NCBI RefSeq assembly: GCF_003334355.1
Contig: NZ_QOWP01000001.1
DNA length: 64,000 bases
Strand: one strand, 5' to 3'
Source of the DNA: Escherichia coli
GTDB taxonomy: Bacteria; Pseudomonadota; Gammaproteobacteria; Enterobacterales; Enterobacteriaceae
This document shows, piece by piece, positions 10,818 to 22,467 of the stretch. A program made the translations under genes and the position numbers. Numbering within the stretch: the first letter of the stretch is position 1; every line of letters begins with the position of its first letter. Under the pieces are notes generated by a model that saw only the letters and a program-made list of their open reading frames with translations, had not been told where the DNA came from and did not search any database.

Positions 10818-11065
10818 AGTAAGTCCTTTCGTAAAACTTTCGTTTCATTTCGTTTTGCCTATTAACGCCTTTCTATTAAGCAAATGCAAGCCCACCTTGC
10901 CCATTGACGCAAGCTACTCTCGTTTCAGTGACTTTCATTATGTTTCTTTTGTGAATCAGATCAGAAAACTACTGTCTTTCGTTTTATTTTTATCTCACCA
11001 TGACGCAGTATCAACTGAAACAAAACGAAAGATTAATATCGCAGTAATCTGAACTGGAGAGGAAA
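10818..11065. promoter_or_regulatory. agaR / kbaZ divergent promoters with AgaR operator repeats
   Basis: Multiple CTTTC/GAAAG-containing repeats (cctttcgtaaaactttcgtttcatttcgttttgcc; ctgtctttcgttttattt; gaaacaaaacgaaag). Confidence 0.6.
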
Positions 11066-12346
11066 GTGAAACATCTAACAGAAATGGTGAGACAGCACAA
11101 AGCGGGCAAAACAAATGCAATTTATGCCGTTTGTTCCGCACATCCGCTGGTGCTGGAAGCTGCAATCCGCTACGCCAGTGCAAACCAAACGCCGTTACTG
11201 ATTGAAGCAACCTCCAATCAGGTAGACCAGTTCGGCGGTTATACCGGAATGACGCCCGCCGATTTTCGCGGCTTTGTTTGTCAGCTCGCCGACTCGTTGA
11301 ATTTCCCGCAGGATGCGTTGATTCTGGGTGGTGACCATCTGGGGCCAAACCGCTGGCAAAACCTGCCAGCCGCTCAGGCAATGGCCAATGCCGATGATTT
11401 GATTAAAAGCTACGTTGCGGCAGGATTCAAAAAAATCCACCTTGATTGCAGCATGTCCTGTCAGGACGATCCAATTCCCTTAACTGATGACATCGTGGCT
11501 GAACGCGCCGCCCGTCTGGCGAAAGTGGCGGAAGAAACCTGTCTTGAACACTTTGGCGAAGCCGATCTGGAGTATGTCATTGGTACCGAAGTGCCGGTAC
11601 CTGGCGGCGCGCATGAAACCTTAAGCGAGCTGGCGGTCACCACGCCGGATGCCGCCCGCGCCACGCTGGAAGCCCATCGTCACGCCTTTGAAAAGCAAGG
11701 TTTGAATGCCATATGGCCACGCATCATTGCCCTGGTGGTTCAACCCGGCGTCGAATTCGATCACACCAACGTTATTGATTATCAGCCCGCCAAAGCGAGC
11801 GCCTTAAGCCAGATGGTCGAAAACTACGAAACGCTGATTTTCGAAGCGCACTCTACCGATTATCAAACGCCGCAATCGCTGCGCCAGCTGGTGATTGACC
11901 ACTTTGCCATTCTGAAAGTTGGCCCAGCGCTGACCTTCGCCCTGCGTGAAGCTCTGTTCTCTCTGGCGGCGATTGAAGAAGAACTGGTGCCAGCGAAAGT
12001 CTGTTCTGGTCTGCGTCAGGTGCTGGAAGACGTGATGCTCGACCGCCCGGAATACTGGCAAAGCCACTACCACGGTGACGGCAACGCGCGTCGTCTGGCG
12101 CGTGGTTATAGCTACTCGGATCGCGTGCGCTATTACTGGCCGGACAGCCAGATTGATGACGCTTTCGCTCATCTGGTACGTAATCTGGCGGATTCACCAA
12201 TTCCGCTGCCGCTGATCAGCCAGTATCTGCCGCTGCAGTACGTGAAAGTTCGCTCCGGCGAGCTGCAGCCAACGCCACGGGAACTCATTATCAACCATAT
12301 TCAGGACATCCTGGCGCAGTACCACACAGCCTGTGAAGGCCAATAA
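11066..12346 (+). CDS. kbaZ: tagatose-bisphosphate aldolase subunit KbaZ
   Basis: 426 aa; GTG start; aga cluster synteny. Confidence 0.95.
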
Positions 12347-12368
12347 GCAAAACAAAGAGGAACACGCT

Positions 12369-12842
12369 ATGCCAAATATTGTTTTAAGCCGGATTGATGA
12401 ACGCTTGATTCACGGTCAGGTCGGCGTTCAATGGGTCGGATTTGCGGGGGCAAATCTGGTGCTGGTAGCCAACGATGAGGTTGCCGAAGATCCGGTACAA
12501 CAAAACCTGATGGAAATGGTACTGGCAGAAGGGATCGCCGTACGTTTCTGGACGCTGCAAAAAGTTATCGACAACATTCATCGCGCCGCCGATCGACAGA
12601 AAATCCTGCTGGTTTGTAAAACACCCGCCGATTTCCTGACGCTGGTGAAAGGTGGCGTTCCGGTGAATCGCATTAACGTTGGCAATATGCACTACGCCAA
12701 TGGCAAACAACAAATCGCCAAAACGGTTTCTGTGGATGCGGGCGATATCGCAGCATTTAACGACCTGAAAGCCGCTGGGGTGGAATGCTTCGTTCAGGGC
12801 GTCCCGACAGAGCCTGCTGTGGACCTCTTTAAATTACTTTGA
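12369..12842 (+). CDS. agaV: PTS N-acetylgalactosamine-specific IIB component
   Basis: Trimmed to MPNIVLSRIDERLIHGQ (157 aa); mannose-family EIIB. Confidence 0.9.
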   Translation: MPNIVLSRIDERLIHGQVGVQWVGFAGANLVLVANDEVAEDPVQQNLMEMVLAEGIAVRFWTLQKVIDNIHRAADRQKILLVCKTPADFLTLVKGGVPVNRINVGNMHYANGKQQIAKTVSVDAGDIAAFNDLKAAGVECFVQGVPTEPAVDLFKLL

Positions 12843-12852
12843 GGGATTCATC

Positions 12853-13632
12853 ATGGAAATCAGCCTGTTGCAGGCATTTGCGTTGGGCATTATCGCCTTT
12901 ATCGCTGGCCTGGATATGTTTAACGGCCTAACACATATGCACCGCCCGGTGGTCCTCGGCCCGTTGGTCGGGCTGGTACTTGGCGATCTGCATACCGGAA
13001 TTTTAACCGGCGGTACGCTGGAACTGGTGTGGATGGGGCTGGCCCCGCTGGCGGGCGCACAGCCGCCTAACGTGATTATCGGTACTATCGTCGGCACGGC
13101 GTTTGCCATTACTACTGGCGTGAAACCCGATGTCGCAGTCGGTGTCGCCGTACCTTTCGCTGTCGCAGTACAGATGGGGATTACCTTCCTGTTCTCGGTG
13201 ATGTCCGGCGTGATGTCTCGCTGCGACCGGATGGCGGAGAACGCCGATACTCGCGGCATTGAACGCGTGAACTATCTGGCACTGCTGGCACTCGGCACTT
13301 TCTATTTTCTCTGCGCTTTCCTGCCTATCTACTTCGGCGCGGAACATGCAAAAACCATCATTGATGTCCTGCCGCAACGATTAATCGACGGCCTCGGCGT
13401 CGCGGGCGGCATCATGCCAGCAATCGGTTTTGCCGTGCTGCTGAAAATCATGATGAAAAACGTCTACATCCCCTACTTCATCCTGGGCTTTGTTGCCGCA
13501 GCCTGGCTCAAGTTACCGGTGCTGGCTATTGCTGCCGCTGCGCTGGCGATGGCGCTGATCGACCTGCTGCGTAAATCTCCTGAACCGACTCAACCTGCGG
13601 CACAGAAAGAGGAATTTGAAGATGGCATCTAA
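12853..13632 (+). CDS. agaW: PTS N-acetylgalactosamine-specific IIC component (full length)
   Basis: 259 aa intact; mannose-family EIIC. Confidence 0.85.
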   Translation: MEISLLQAFALGIIAFIAGLDMFNGLTHMHRPVVLGPLVGLVLGDLHTGILTGGTLELVWMGLAPLAGAQPPNVIIGTIVGTAFAITTGVKPDVAVGVAVPFAVAVQMGITFLFSVMSGVMSRCDRMAENADTRGIERVNYLALLALGTFYFLCAFLPIYFGAEHAKTIIDVLPQRLIDGLGVAGGIMPAIGFAVLLKIMMKNVYIPYFILGFVAAAWLKLPVLAIAAAALAMALIDLLRKSPEPTQPAAQKEEFEDGI

Positions 13633-14500
13633 TCAAACCACCCTGCCGAACGTCAGTGAAAACGAAGAAACATTGCTGACTGGCGTCAATGAAAACGTGT
13701 ATGAAGATCAGAGCATTGGCGCGGAGCTGACGAAAAAAGATATCAACCGCGTCGCCTGGCGTTCCATGCTGTTACAAGCGTCTTTTAACTACGAACGTAT
13801 GCAGGCTTCTGGCTGGTTGTACGGTCTGCTGCCTGCTCTGAAAAAGATCCACACTAATAAACGCGACCTGGCGCGCGCCATGAAGGGGCATATGGGTTTC
13901 TTCAATACCCATCCGTTTCTGGTGACATTTGTTATCGGCATTATCCTTGCGATGGAGCGTTCTAAGCAGGACGTTAACAGTATTCAGAGCACCAAAATTG
14001 CCGTCGGTGCGCCGCTCGGCGGGATTGGCGATGCAATGTTCTGGCTAACGCTACTGCCGATTTGTGGCGGGATTGGAGCCAGTCTGGCATTGCAAGGCTC
14101 CATTCTTGGCGCAGTCGTCTTTATTGTGCTGTTCAACGTGGTACACCTGGGGCTGCGTTTTGGTCTGGCGCATTATGCTTACCGCATGGGCGTGGCGGCG
14201 ATTCCACTGATTAAAGCGAATACCAAAAAAGTCGGCCATGCTGCGTCTATCGTTGGGATGACGGTAATCGGTGCGCTGGTGGCAACCTATGTTCGTTTAA
14301 GCACCACGCTGGAAATCACGGCGGGCGACGCAGTGGTTAAGTTACAGGCTGATGTTATCGACAAACTGATGCCGGCCTTCTTACCGTTGGTCTACACCCT
14401 GACCATGTTTTGGTTGGTACGCCGCGGCTGGAGTCCGCTGCGTCTGATTGCAGTTACCGTGGTTCTCGGCATCGTCGGTAAATTCTGCCATTTCCTTTAA
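13622..14500 (+). CDS. agaE: PTS N-acetylgalactosamine-specific IID component
   Basis: ATG at 13622 after aaagaggaa SD; 292 aa; mannose-family EIID. Confidence 0.85.
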   Translation: MASNQTTLPNVSENEETLLTGVNENVYEDQSIGAELTKKDINRVAWRSMLLQASFNYERMQASGWLYGLLPALKKIHTNKRDLARAMKGHMGFFNTHPFLVTFVIGIILAMERSKQDVNSIQSTKIAVGAPLGGIGDAMFWLTLLPICGGIGASLALQGSILGAVVFIVLFNVVHLGLRFGLAHYAYRMGVAAIPLIKANTKKVGHAASIVGMTVIGALVATYVRLSTTLEITAGDAVVKLQADVIDKLMPAFLPLVYTLTMFWLVRRGWSPLRLIAVTVVLGIVGKFCHFL

Positions 14501-14517
14501 ATACAATGAGGTATTAG

Positions 14518-14952
14518 ATGTTAAGTATTATTTTGACAGGGCATGGCGGGTTTGCCAGCGGCATGGAAAAAGCAATGAAGCAAATTCTCGGTGAGCAATC
14601 GCAGTTTATCGCCATCGATTTTCCGGAAACCTCAAGCACCGCGCTGCTTCCATCGCAGCTTGAAGAGGCCATCGCCCAACTGGATTGTGAAGACGGCATT
14701 GTTTTTCTGACGGATTTGCTGGGCGGCACGCCGTTTCGCGTAGCTTCAACGCTGGCGATGCAAAAACCGGGCTGTGAAGTGATCACCGGCACCAATTTGC
14801 AACTGCTACTGGAGATGGTGCTGGAGCGCGAAGGGTTAAGCGGTGAAGAATTCCGTGTACAGGCGCTGGAGTGTGGACACCGAGGGCTGACCAGTCTGGT
14901 GGACGAGTTAGGCCGCTGCCATGAAGAATGTCCGGTCGAGGAAGGAATATGA
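14518..14952 (+). CDS. agaF: PTS N-acetylgalactosamine-specific IIA component
   Basis: 144 aa EIIA(Man)-like; overlaps agaA start by 4 nt. Confidence 0.85.
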   Translation: MLSIILTGHGGFASGMEKAMKQILGEQSQFIAIDFPETSSTALLPSQLEEAIAQLDCEDGIVFLTDLLGGTPFRVASTLAMQKPGCEVITGTNLQLLLEMVLEREGLSGEEFRVQALECGHRGLTSLVDELGRCHEECPVEEGI

Positions 14953-16082
14953 CACACGTTCTGCGCGCCAGAAGGCTGCTGACTGAAGAGGGATGGCTCG
15001 ATGACCATCAGTTGCGTATTGCTGACGGTGTCATCGCAGCAATCGAACCGATTCCAGCGGGCGTGACTGAACGCGATGCGGAACTGCTCTGCCCTGCTTA
15101 CATCGACACCCATGTACACGGTGGTGCGGGCGTTGATGTAATGGATGACGCGCCGGATGTACTCGACAAGCTGGCAATGCACAAGGCACGCGAAGGTGTC
15201 GGCAGTTGGTTACCGACCACCGTAACCGCGCCGCTTAATACCATTCATGCGGCGCTGAAACGTATTGCTCAACGTTGCCAACGCGGCGGACCTGGTGCGC
15301 AAGTGCTGGGGAGTTATCTCGAAGGACCGTACTTCACGCCGCAGAATAAAGGCGCGCATCCGCCGGAGTTGTTTCGCGAGCTTGAAATTGCCGAGCTGGA
15401 TCAGTTGATTGCCGTTTCTCAGCACACCTTACGTGTGGTAGCGCTGGCACCGGAAAAAGAAGGGGCATTGCAGGCCATCCGCCATCTTAAACAGCAAAAC
15501 GTAAGGGTGATGCTGGGGCATAGCGCGGCGACCTGGCAACAAACTCGCGCCGCGTTTGATGCTGGTGCCGACGGCCTGGTGCATTGCTATAACGGGATGA
15601 CAGGTTTACATCACCGCGAACCGGGAATGGTTGGCGCGGGATTAACGGACAAGCGCGCCTGGCTGGAACTGATAGCCGATGGTCATCATGTGCATCCGGC
15701 GGCGATGTCGCTGTGTTGTTGCTGTGCAAAAGAGAGAATCGTGCTGATCACCGACGCGATGCAGGCAGCCGGGATGCCGGATGGTCGCTATACGTTATGT
15801 GGCGAAGAAGTGCAGATGCACGGTGGCGTTGTCCGTACCGCGTCCGGTGGGCTGGCGGGCAGTACGCTGTCTGTTGATGCGGCAGTGCGCAACATGGTCG
15901 AGTTGATGGACGTAACGCCTGCGGAAGCCATTCATATGGCATCGCTGCATCCGGCGCGAATGCTGGGTGTTGATGGTGTTCTGGGATCGCTTAAACCGGG
16001 CAAACGCGCCAGCATCGTTGCGCTGGATAGCGGGCTGCATGTGCAACAAATCTGGATTCAGAGTCAATTAGCTTCGTTTTGA
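14949..16082 (+). CDS. agaA: N-acetylgalactosamine-6-phosphate deacetylase (full length)
   Basis: ATG at 14949 after gaagga; 377 aa; NagA-like amidohydrolase. Confidence 0.85.
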   Translation: MTHVLRARRLLTEEGWLDDHQLRIADGVIAAIEPIPAGVTERDAELLCPAYIDTHVHGGAGVDVMDDAPDVLDKLAMHKAREGVGSWLPTTVTAPLNTIHAALKRIAQRCQRGGPGAQVLGSYLEGPYFTPQNKGAHPPELFRELEIAELDQLIAVSQHTLRVVALAPEKEGALQAIRHLKQQNVRVMLGHSAATWQQTRAAFDAGADGLVHCYNGMTGLHHREPGMVGAGLTDKRAWLELIADGHHVHPAAMSLCCCCAKERIVLITDAMQAAGMPDGRYTLCGEEVQMHGGVVRTASGGLAGSTLSVDAAVRNMVELMDVTPAEAIHMASLHPARMLGVDGVLGSLKPGKRASIVALDSGLHVQQIWIQSQLASF

Positions 16083-16432
16083 TAGTTTGCTCCTTTATTG
16101 GGCCTTCACTTCCCCCGTAAGGCCTTTCTTTTTCTTTCGTTTTGATCTGTGCAGCGGTGTCGGATGCGACGCTAACGCGTCTTATGCGACCTACGGTACG
16201 CCGCATCCAGCAATCGGTGAACATAGCGACGTCATTACGCAATTCTTTAATCTTCCCTTGTCTTTTCTTTCAATGATCACAGATTTCGTTTTATTTCCTT
16301 TTTCTCCATTGAACTTTCGGTTTCTTTTCTATAGATTTTAATCAACGAAAGACATCACCAAGTGAAATGAAACGAAAGGCAAGTGAAAGCGACAACGCCC
16401 GACGTCAAGTTCATCAGACTAAGGATTGAGTT
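16083..16432 (+). promoter_or_regulatory. agaS promoter region with AgaR operator repeats
   Basis: CTTTC/GAAAG repeat clusters (ctttctttttctttcgttttg; tttcgttttatttcc; gaaatgaaacgaaaggcaagtgaaag). Confidence 0.55.
16158..16212. repeat. REP-like palindromic unit
   Basis: gtcggatgcgacgc..gcgtcttatgcgacctac..gccgcatcc motif. Confidence 0.45.
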
Positions 16433-17587
16433 ATGCCAAAAAATTACACCCCTGCTGCCGCCGCAACCGGTACATGGACTGAAGAAGAGATCCGCCATCA
16501 GCCTCGCGCATGGATCCGTTCACTCACCAACATCGACGCGCTACGTTCCGCGCTCAATAACTTCCTTGAACCGTTACTGCGCAAAGAGAATCTGCGGATC
16601 ATCCTGACCGGAGCCGGAACCTCGGCATTTATCGGTGACATCATCGCGCCGTGGCTCGCCAGCCATACCGGTAAAAACTTCAGCGCCGTACCGACCACCG
16701 ATCTGGTCACTAATCCGATGGACTACCTGAACCCAGCCCATCCGCTGCTGTTGATCTCCTTCGGTCGATCCGGCAACAGCCCGGAAAGCGTCGCAGCCGT
16801 GGAACTGGCAAATCAATTTGTACCGGAATGCTATCACCTGCCGATCACCTGCAACGAAGCGGGCGCTCTTTACCAAAACGCGATCAACAGCGATAACGCG
16901 TTTGCCCTGCTGATGCCCGCAGAAACGCACGATCGCGGCTTTGCGATGACCAGCAGCATTACCACCATGATGGCCAGCTGCCTCGCGGTTTTCGCACCTG
17001 AGACGATCAACAGCCAAACCTTCCGCGACGTGGCGGATCGTTGCCAGGCGATCCTGACCTCACTGGGCGATTTCAGCGAAGGTGTGTTTGGTTACGCACC
17101 GTGGAAACGGATCGTTTATCTCGGTAGCGGTGGCTTACAGGGCGCAGCACGCGAGTCGGCGCTGAAAGTGCTGGAACTGACGGCGGGTAAACTGGCGGCC
17201 TTTTATGATTCTCCAACCGGATTCCGTCATGGACCAAAATCGCTGGTCGATGACGAAACGCTGGTGGTGGTATTTGTCTCCAGCCACCCTTACACCCGTC
17301 AGTATGATCTTGATCTGCTGGCTGAACTTCGCCGTGACAACCAGGCAATGCGTGTAATCGCCATCGCCGCGGAAAGCAGCGACATCGTCGCTGCCGGTCC
17401 ACATATCATCCTGCCACCGTCACGTCACTTTATCGACGTTGAGCAGGCATTTTGCTTCCTGATGTACGCCCAGACGTTTGCACTGATGCAGTCGCTGCAC
17501 ATGGGCAATACGCCGGATACCCCATCAGCCAGTGGCACCGTTAACCGCGTGGTGCAAGGCGTAATCATTCATCCGTGGCAGGCATAA
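16433..17587 (+). CDS. agaS: SIS-domain galactosamine-6-phosphate deaminase/isomerase
   Basis: 384 aa; synteny. Confidence 0.95.
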   Translation: MPKNYTPAAAATGTWTEEEIRHQPRAWIRSLTNIDALRSALNNFLEPLLRKENLRIILTGAGTSAFIGDIIAPWLASHTGKNFSAVPTTDLVTNPMDYLNPAHPLLLISFGRSGNSPESVAAVELANQFVPECYHLPITCNEAGALYQNAINSDNAFALLMPAETHDRGFAMTSSITTMMASCLAVFAPETINSQTFRDVADRCQAILTSLGDFSEGVFGYAPWKRIVYLGSGGLQGAARESALKVLELTAGKLAAFYDSPTGFRHGPKSLVDDETLVVVFVSSHPYTRQYDLDLLAELRRDNQAMRVIAIAAESSDIVAAGPHIILPPSRHFIDVEQAFCFLMYAQTFALMQSLHMGNTPDTPSASGTVNRVVQGVIIHPWQA

Positions 17588-18460
<873 letters not shown>

Positions 18461-18626
18461 TCATTAGTTTTTTATGATTTATCCCAATGTACTTCCCGAT
18501 TAATATCGGGGAGTGCCTTAATGGAAAAGGAGATAACTAAACCTTAATAAATACATCAGTACAATATCGCAACAATAATATATTTAAAAAAATTATATTA
18601 TTCAACTTTATGGTGAGGATTACACA

Positions 18627-19103
18627 ATGAGCAGTCCAAATATTCTCTTAACCCGTATTGATAACCGTCTGGTTCATGGCCAGGTTGGCGTGACCTGGAC
18701 ATCCACCATCGGTGCAAATCTGCTGGTAGTCGTGGATGATGTTGTCGCTAACGATGATATTCAACAGAAATTAATGGGTATTACCGCGGAAACCTACGGC
18801 TTTGGCATTCGTTTCTTTACTATCGAAAAAACCATTAACGTCATCGGCAAAGCTGCACCGCATCAGAAGATCTTCCTGATTTGCCGTACGCCACAAACGG
18901 TACGTAAATTGGTAGAAGGTGGCATTGACCTGAAAGATGTCAACGTCGGCAATATGCATTTCTCGGAAGGGAAAAAGCAAATCAGCAGTAAAGTTTATGT
19001 CGATGACCAGGATCTCGCGGACTTACGTTTTATTAAACAACGTGGCGTGAATGTTTTCATTCAGGACGTCCCTGGCGATCAAAAAGAACAAATCCCTGAC
19101 TAA
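18627..19103 (+). CDS. agaB: PTS galactosamine-specific IIB component
   Basis: 158 aa; paralogous to agaV. Confidence 0.9.
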   Translation: MSSPNILLTRIDNRLVHGQVGVTWTSTIGANLLVVVDDVVANDDIQQKLMGITAETYGFGIRFFTIEKTINVIGKAAPHQKIFLICRTPQTVRKLVEGGIDLKDVNVGNMHFSEGKKQISSKVYVDDQDLADLRFIKQRGVNVFIQDVPGDQKEQIPD

Positions 19104-19141
19104 ATCTAAAATCGCCTTAATATTGGTTTGAGGTAATAAAA

Positions 19142-19945
19142 ATGCATGAAATAACCCTACTTCAGGGATTATCCCTGGCGGCGTTAGTTTTTGTTCTGGG
19201 GATTGATTTTTGGCTGGAAGCCTTATTTTTATTCCGCCCGATAATCGTTTGTACCCTAACTGGCGCTATTCTCGGTGATATTCAGACTGGCTTAATTACC
19301 GGTGGTCTGACAGAGTTGGCTTTCGCCGGATTAACCCCTGCAGGTGGTGTTCAGCCGCCCAACCCGATTATGGCGGGTCTGATGACCACCGTCATTGCAT
19401 GGTCTACGGGCGTTGATGCCAAAACAGCAATTGGTCTTGGCCTGCCGTTTAGTTTGTTAATGCAGTACGTCATTCTGTTCTTCTATTCCGCTTTCTCATT
19501 ATTTATGACCAAAGCCGATAAATGCGCGAAAGAGGCGGATACGGCAGCGTTTTCCCGGCTTAACTGGACAACGATGCTCATCGTCGCTTCAGCGTATGCG
19601 GTGATTGCTTTCCTCTGTACTTACCTGGCACAGGGGGCGATGCAGGCGCTGGTGAAAGCGATGCCCGCCTGGCTGACCCACGGCTTTGAAGTGGCAGGCG
19701 GTATTCTGCCTGCCGTTGGTTTTGGCTTGCTGCTGCGCGTAATGTTCAAAGCGCAATATATCCCTTACCTGATCGCCGGTTTCCTGTTTGTTTGCTACAT
19801 CCAGGTCAGCAACCTGTTGCCGGTTGCCGTACTGGGCGCAGGCTTTGCGGTGTATGAGTTTTTCAATGCGAAATCCCGGCAGCAAGCGCAACCGCAGCCC
19901 GTTGCCAGTAAAAATGAAGAAGAGGACTACAGCAATGGGATCTGA
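19142..19945 (+). CDS. agaC: PTS galactosamine-specific IIC component
   Basis: 267 aa; paralogous to agaW. Confidence 0.9.
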   Translation: MHEITLLQGLSLAALVFVLGIDFWLEALFLFRPIIVCTLTGAILGDIQTGLITGGLTELAFAGLTPAGGVQPPNPIMAGLMTTVIAWSTGVDAKTAIGLGLPFSLLMQYVILFFYSAFSLFMTKADKCAKEADTAAFSRLNWTTMLIVASAYAVIAFLCTYLAQGAMQALVKAMPAWLTHGFEVAGGILPAVGFGLLLRVMFKAQYIPYLIAGFLFVCYIQVSNLLPVAVLGAGFAVYEFFNAKSRQQAQPQPVASKNEEEDYSNGI

Positions 19946-20726
19946 AATCAGTAAAAAAGATATCACCCGTCTGGGCTTTCGTTCGTCGCTGCTGCAAGCG
20001 AGCTTTAACTACGAAAGGATGCAGGCGGGCGGTTTTACTTGGGCGATGTTGCCGATCCTGAAAAAGATTTATAAGGACGACAAACCGGGCTTAAGCGCGG
20101 CGATGAAAGATAACCTCGAATTTATTAATACCCACCCGAATCTGGTCGGATTCCTGATGGGGTTATTAATTTCGATGGAAGAAAAAGGAGAAAACCGCGA
20201 CACCATTAAAGGCCTCAAAGTGGCACTGTTTGGCCCAATCGCCGGGATTGGCGATGCGATTTTCTGGTTTACTTTGTTGCCGATTATGGCGGGAATTTGC
20301 TCATCATTTGCCAGCCAGGGAAACCTGCTGGGGCCGATTCTATTTTTCGCCGTTTACCTGCTTATCTTTTTCCTGCGCGTCGGCTGGACCCACGTCGGTT
20401 ATTCAGTCGGCGTGAAGGCGATCGATAAAGTGCGAGAGAACTCGCAGATGATTGCCCGTTCGGCAACCATCCTCGGGATCACGGTAATCGGCGGGCTGAT
20501 CGCTTCGTATGTGCATATTAACGTGGTGACATCGTTTGCCATCGACAGTACCCACAGCGTCGCGCTGCAGCAGGATTTCTTCGATAAAGTCTTCCCGAAC
20601 ATTTTACCGATGGCCTACACCCTGCTGATGTATTACTTCCTGCGGGTGAAAAAAGCGCATCCGGTGCTGTTAATCGGCGTGACTTTTGTGCTCTCTATTG
20701 TTTGTTCCGCATTCGGCATTTTGTAA
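19935..20726 (+). CDS. agaD: PTS galactosamine-specific IID component
   Basis: Trimmed to MGSEISKKDITRLG (263 aa); overlaps agaC by 11 nt. Confidence 0.9.
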   Translation: MGSEISKKDITRLGFRSSLLQASFNYERMQAGGFTWAMLPILKKIYKDDKPGLSAAMKDNLEFINTHPNLVGFLMGLLISMEEKGENRDTIKGLKVALFGPIAGIGDAIFWFTLLPIMAGICSSFASQGNLLGPILFFAVYLLIFFLRVGWTHVGYSVGVKAIDKVRENSQMIARSATILGITVIGGLIASYVHINVVTSFAIDSTHSVALQQDFFDKVFPNILPMAYTLLMYYFLRVKKAHPVLLIGVTFVLSIVCSAFGIL

Positions 20727-21482
20727 ATGGAACGAGGCACTGCGTCTGGCGGTGCCTCTTTACTTAAGGAATTTCATCCTGTGCAAACCCTTCAGCAAGT
20801 TGAAAACTATACGGCGTTAAGTGAACGTGCCAGCGAATATTTATTGGCCGTGATCCGTAGCAAACCGGATGCCGTGATTTGCCTGGCGACCGGAGCCACG
20901 CCATTACTGACGTATCATTATCTGGTAGAAAAAATCCACCAGCAGCAGGTTGATGTCAGCCAGCTCACCTTCGTGAAGCTCGACGAATGGGTGGATCTGC
21001 CATTAACGATGCCTGGTACCTGCGAAACTTTCCTGCAACAGCATATCGTGCAGCCGCTGGGGCTACGTGAAGACCAGCTCATCAGCTTTCGCTCCGAAGA
21101 GATAAATGAGACAGAGTGCGAACGGGTAACGAACCTGATTGCGCGCAAAGGCGGTCTGGATTTATGCGTTCTCGGATTGGGGAAAAACGGTCATCTTGGG
21201 CTGAACGAACCGGGAGAAAGCCTGCAACCGGCCTGCCATATCAGTCAACTTGATGCCAGAACACAGCAACATGAGATGTTAAAAACCGCGGGTCGCCCCG
21301 TGACTCGTGGGATCACCTTAGGCCTGAAGGATATTCTCAATGCCCGCGAAGTTTTGTTACTGGTGACTGGCGAAGGAAAGCAGGATGCGACAGATCGTTT
21401 TCTCACGGCTAAAGTCTCTACCGCTATCCCGGCTTCATTTTTATGGCTGCACAGTAACTTTATTTGTTTAATTAACACCTAA
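20727..21482 (+). CDS. agaI: galactosamine-6-phosphate isomerase/deaminase (NagB-like)
   Basis: 251 aa; last gene of aga cluster. Confidence 0.9.
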   Translation: MERGTASGGASLLKEFHPVQTLQQVENYTALSERASEYLLAVIRSKPDAVICLATGATPLLTYHYLVEKIHQQQVDVSQLTFVKLDEWVDLPLTMPGTCETFLQQHIVQPLGLREDQLISFRSEEINETECERVTNLIARKGGLDLCVLGLGKNGHLGLNEPGESLQPACHISQLDARTQQHEMLKTAGRPVTRGITLGLKDILNAREVLLLVTGEGKQDATDRFLTAKVSTAIPASFLWLHSNFICLINT

Positions 21483-21882
21483 CCAGATGAAAAATTTGCT
21501 CAAAATGTTTAAATTAACTTATGTAACAGTCACGCATTATATTAAATAACATTTGACTGGGTTGAACATAACGCCGATAGCAAAAGGAGTTATGTTCAAC
21601 AATTTAATTTTAGATATACATATAACTTGTTCTATTAATAAATCACCTCGTATTCTGACTCGCCCCCTGGCGCAGCAAAGTCAGGCATTTATACTCTTTT
21701 GAATACATAGAAAATTGATATCAATATAATGAAAATATCAAATATTTGCATATAAATATAATCTTAAAGTTCAGTCTATTTAATGTTCAATGAAATATTT
21801 CTGCCTGTATAATCTTTAAAGATGTTGAACATATATTCACATTAAATATGATTATGTACTTGTTACAAGGATAAGGTTATAT
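21483..21882. promoter_or_regulatory. AT-rich intergenic region upstream of yraH (candidate nucleoid-protein-silenced promoter)
   Basis: 400 bp with long A/T tracts and no ORF; composition only. Confidence 0.35.
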
Positions 21883-22467
21883 ATGAATAAAGGTACAAAA
21901 ATAGCCATTGCGGGCTTACTTGCGCTTTTCGCAGGTAATGCCGCTGCAACAGATGGTGAAATAGTTTTTGATGGCGAGATTTTAAAATCCGCTTGTGAAA
22001 TCAATGACTCTGATAAGAAAATTGAAGTTGCTCTTGGTCACTATAATGCCGAACAGTTTCGTTCTGTTGGCGATCGTAGCCCAAAAATTCCATTCACTAT
22101 TCCTTTAGTTAACTGCCCAATGACTGGGTGGGAGCACGATAACGGCAACGTTGAAGCGTCTTTCCGTCTATGGCTAGAAACGCGGGATAATGGTACCGTT
22201 CCTAACTTCCCTAATCTGGCAAAAGTAGGCTCTTTTGCTGGCATAGCGGCAACAGGTGTGGGTATCCGTATTGACGATGCGGAAAGCGGAAACATTATGC
22301 CACTGAATGCTATGGGCAATGATAACACGGTTTATCAGATCCCGGCGGACTCCAATGGTATTGTCAATGTTGACCTCATCGCTTACTACGTATCAACCGT
22401 TGAAGCATCAGAAATCACCCCAGGGGAAGCAGACGCTGTCGTTAACGTAACGCTGGATTACCGTTAA
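21883..22467 (+). CDS. yraH: fimbrial subunit (chaperone-usher family)
   Basis: 194 aa; signal-peptide-like N-terminus; synteny. Confidence 0.9.
   Translation: MNKGTKIAIAGLLALFAGNAAATDGEIVFDGEILKSACEINDSDKKIEVALGHYNAEQFRSVGDRSPKIPFTIPLVNCPMTGWEHDNGNVEASFRLWLETRDNGTVPNFPNLAKVGSFAGIAATGVGIRIDDAESGNIMPLNAMGNDNTVYQIPADSNGIVNVDLIAYYVSTVEASEITPGEADAVVNVTLDYR

Noticed and set aside
14514..15182. 222-aa minus-strand ORF across the agaF/agaA junction
   Set aside because: Antisense to two well-supported genes; no start context.
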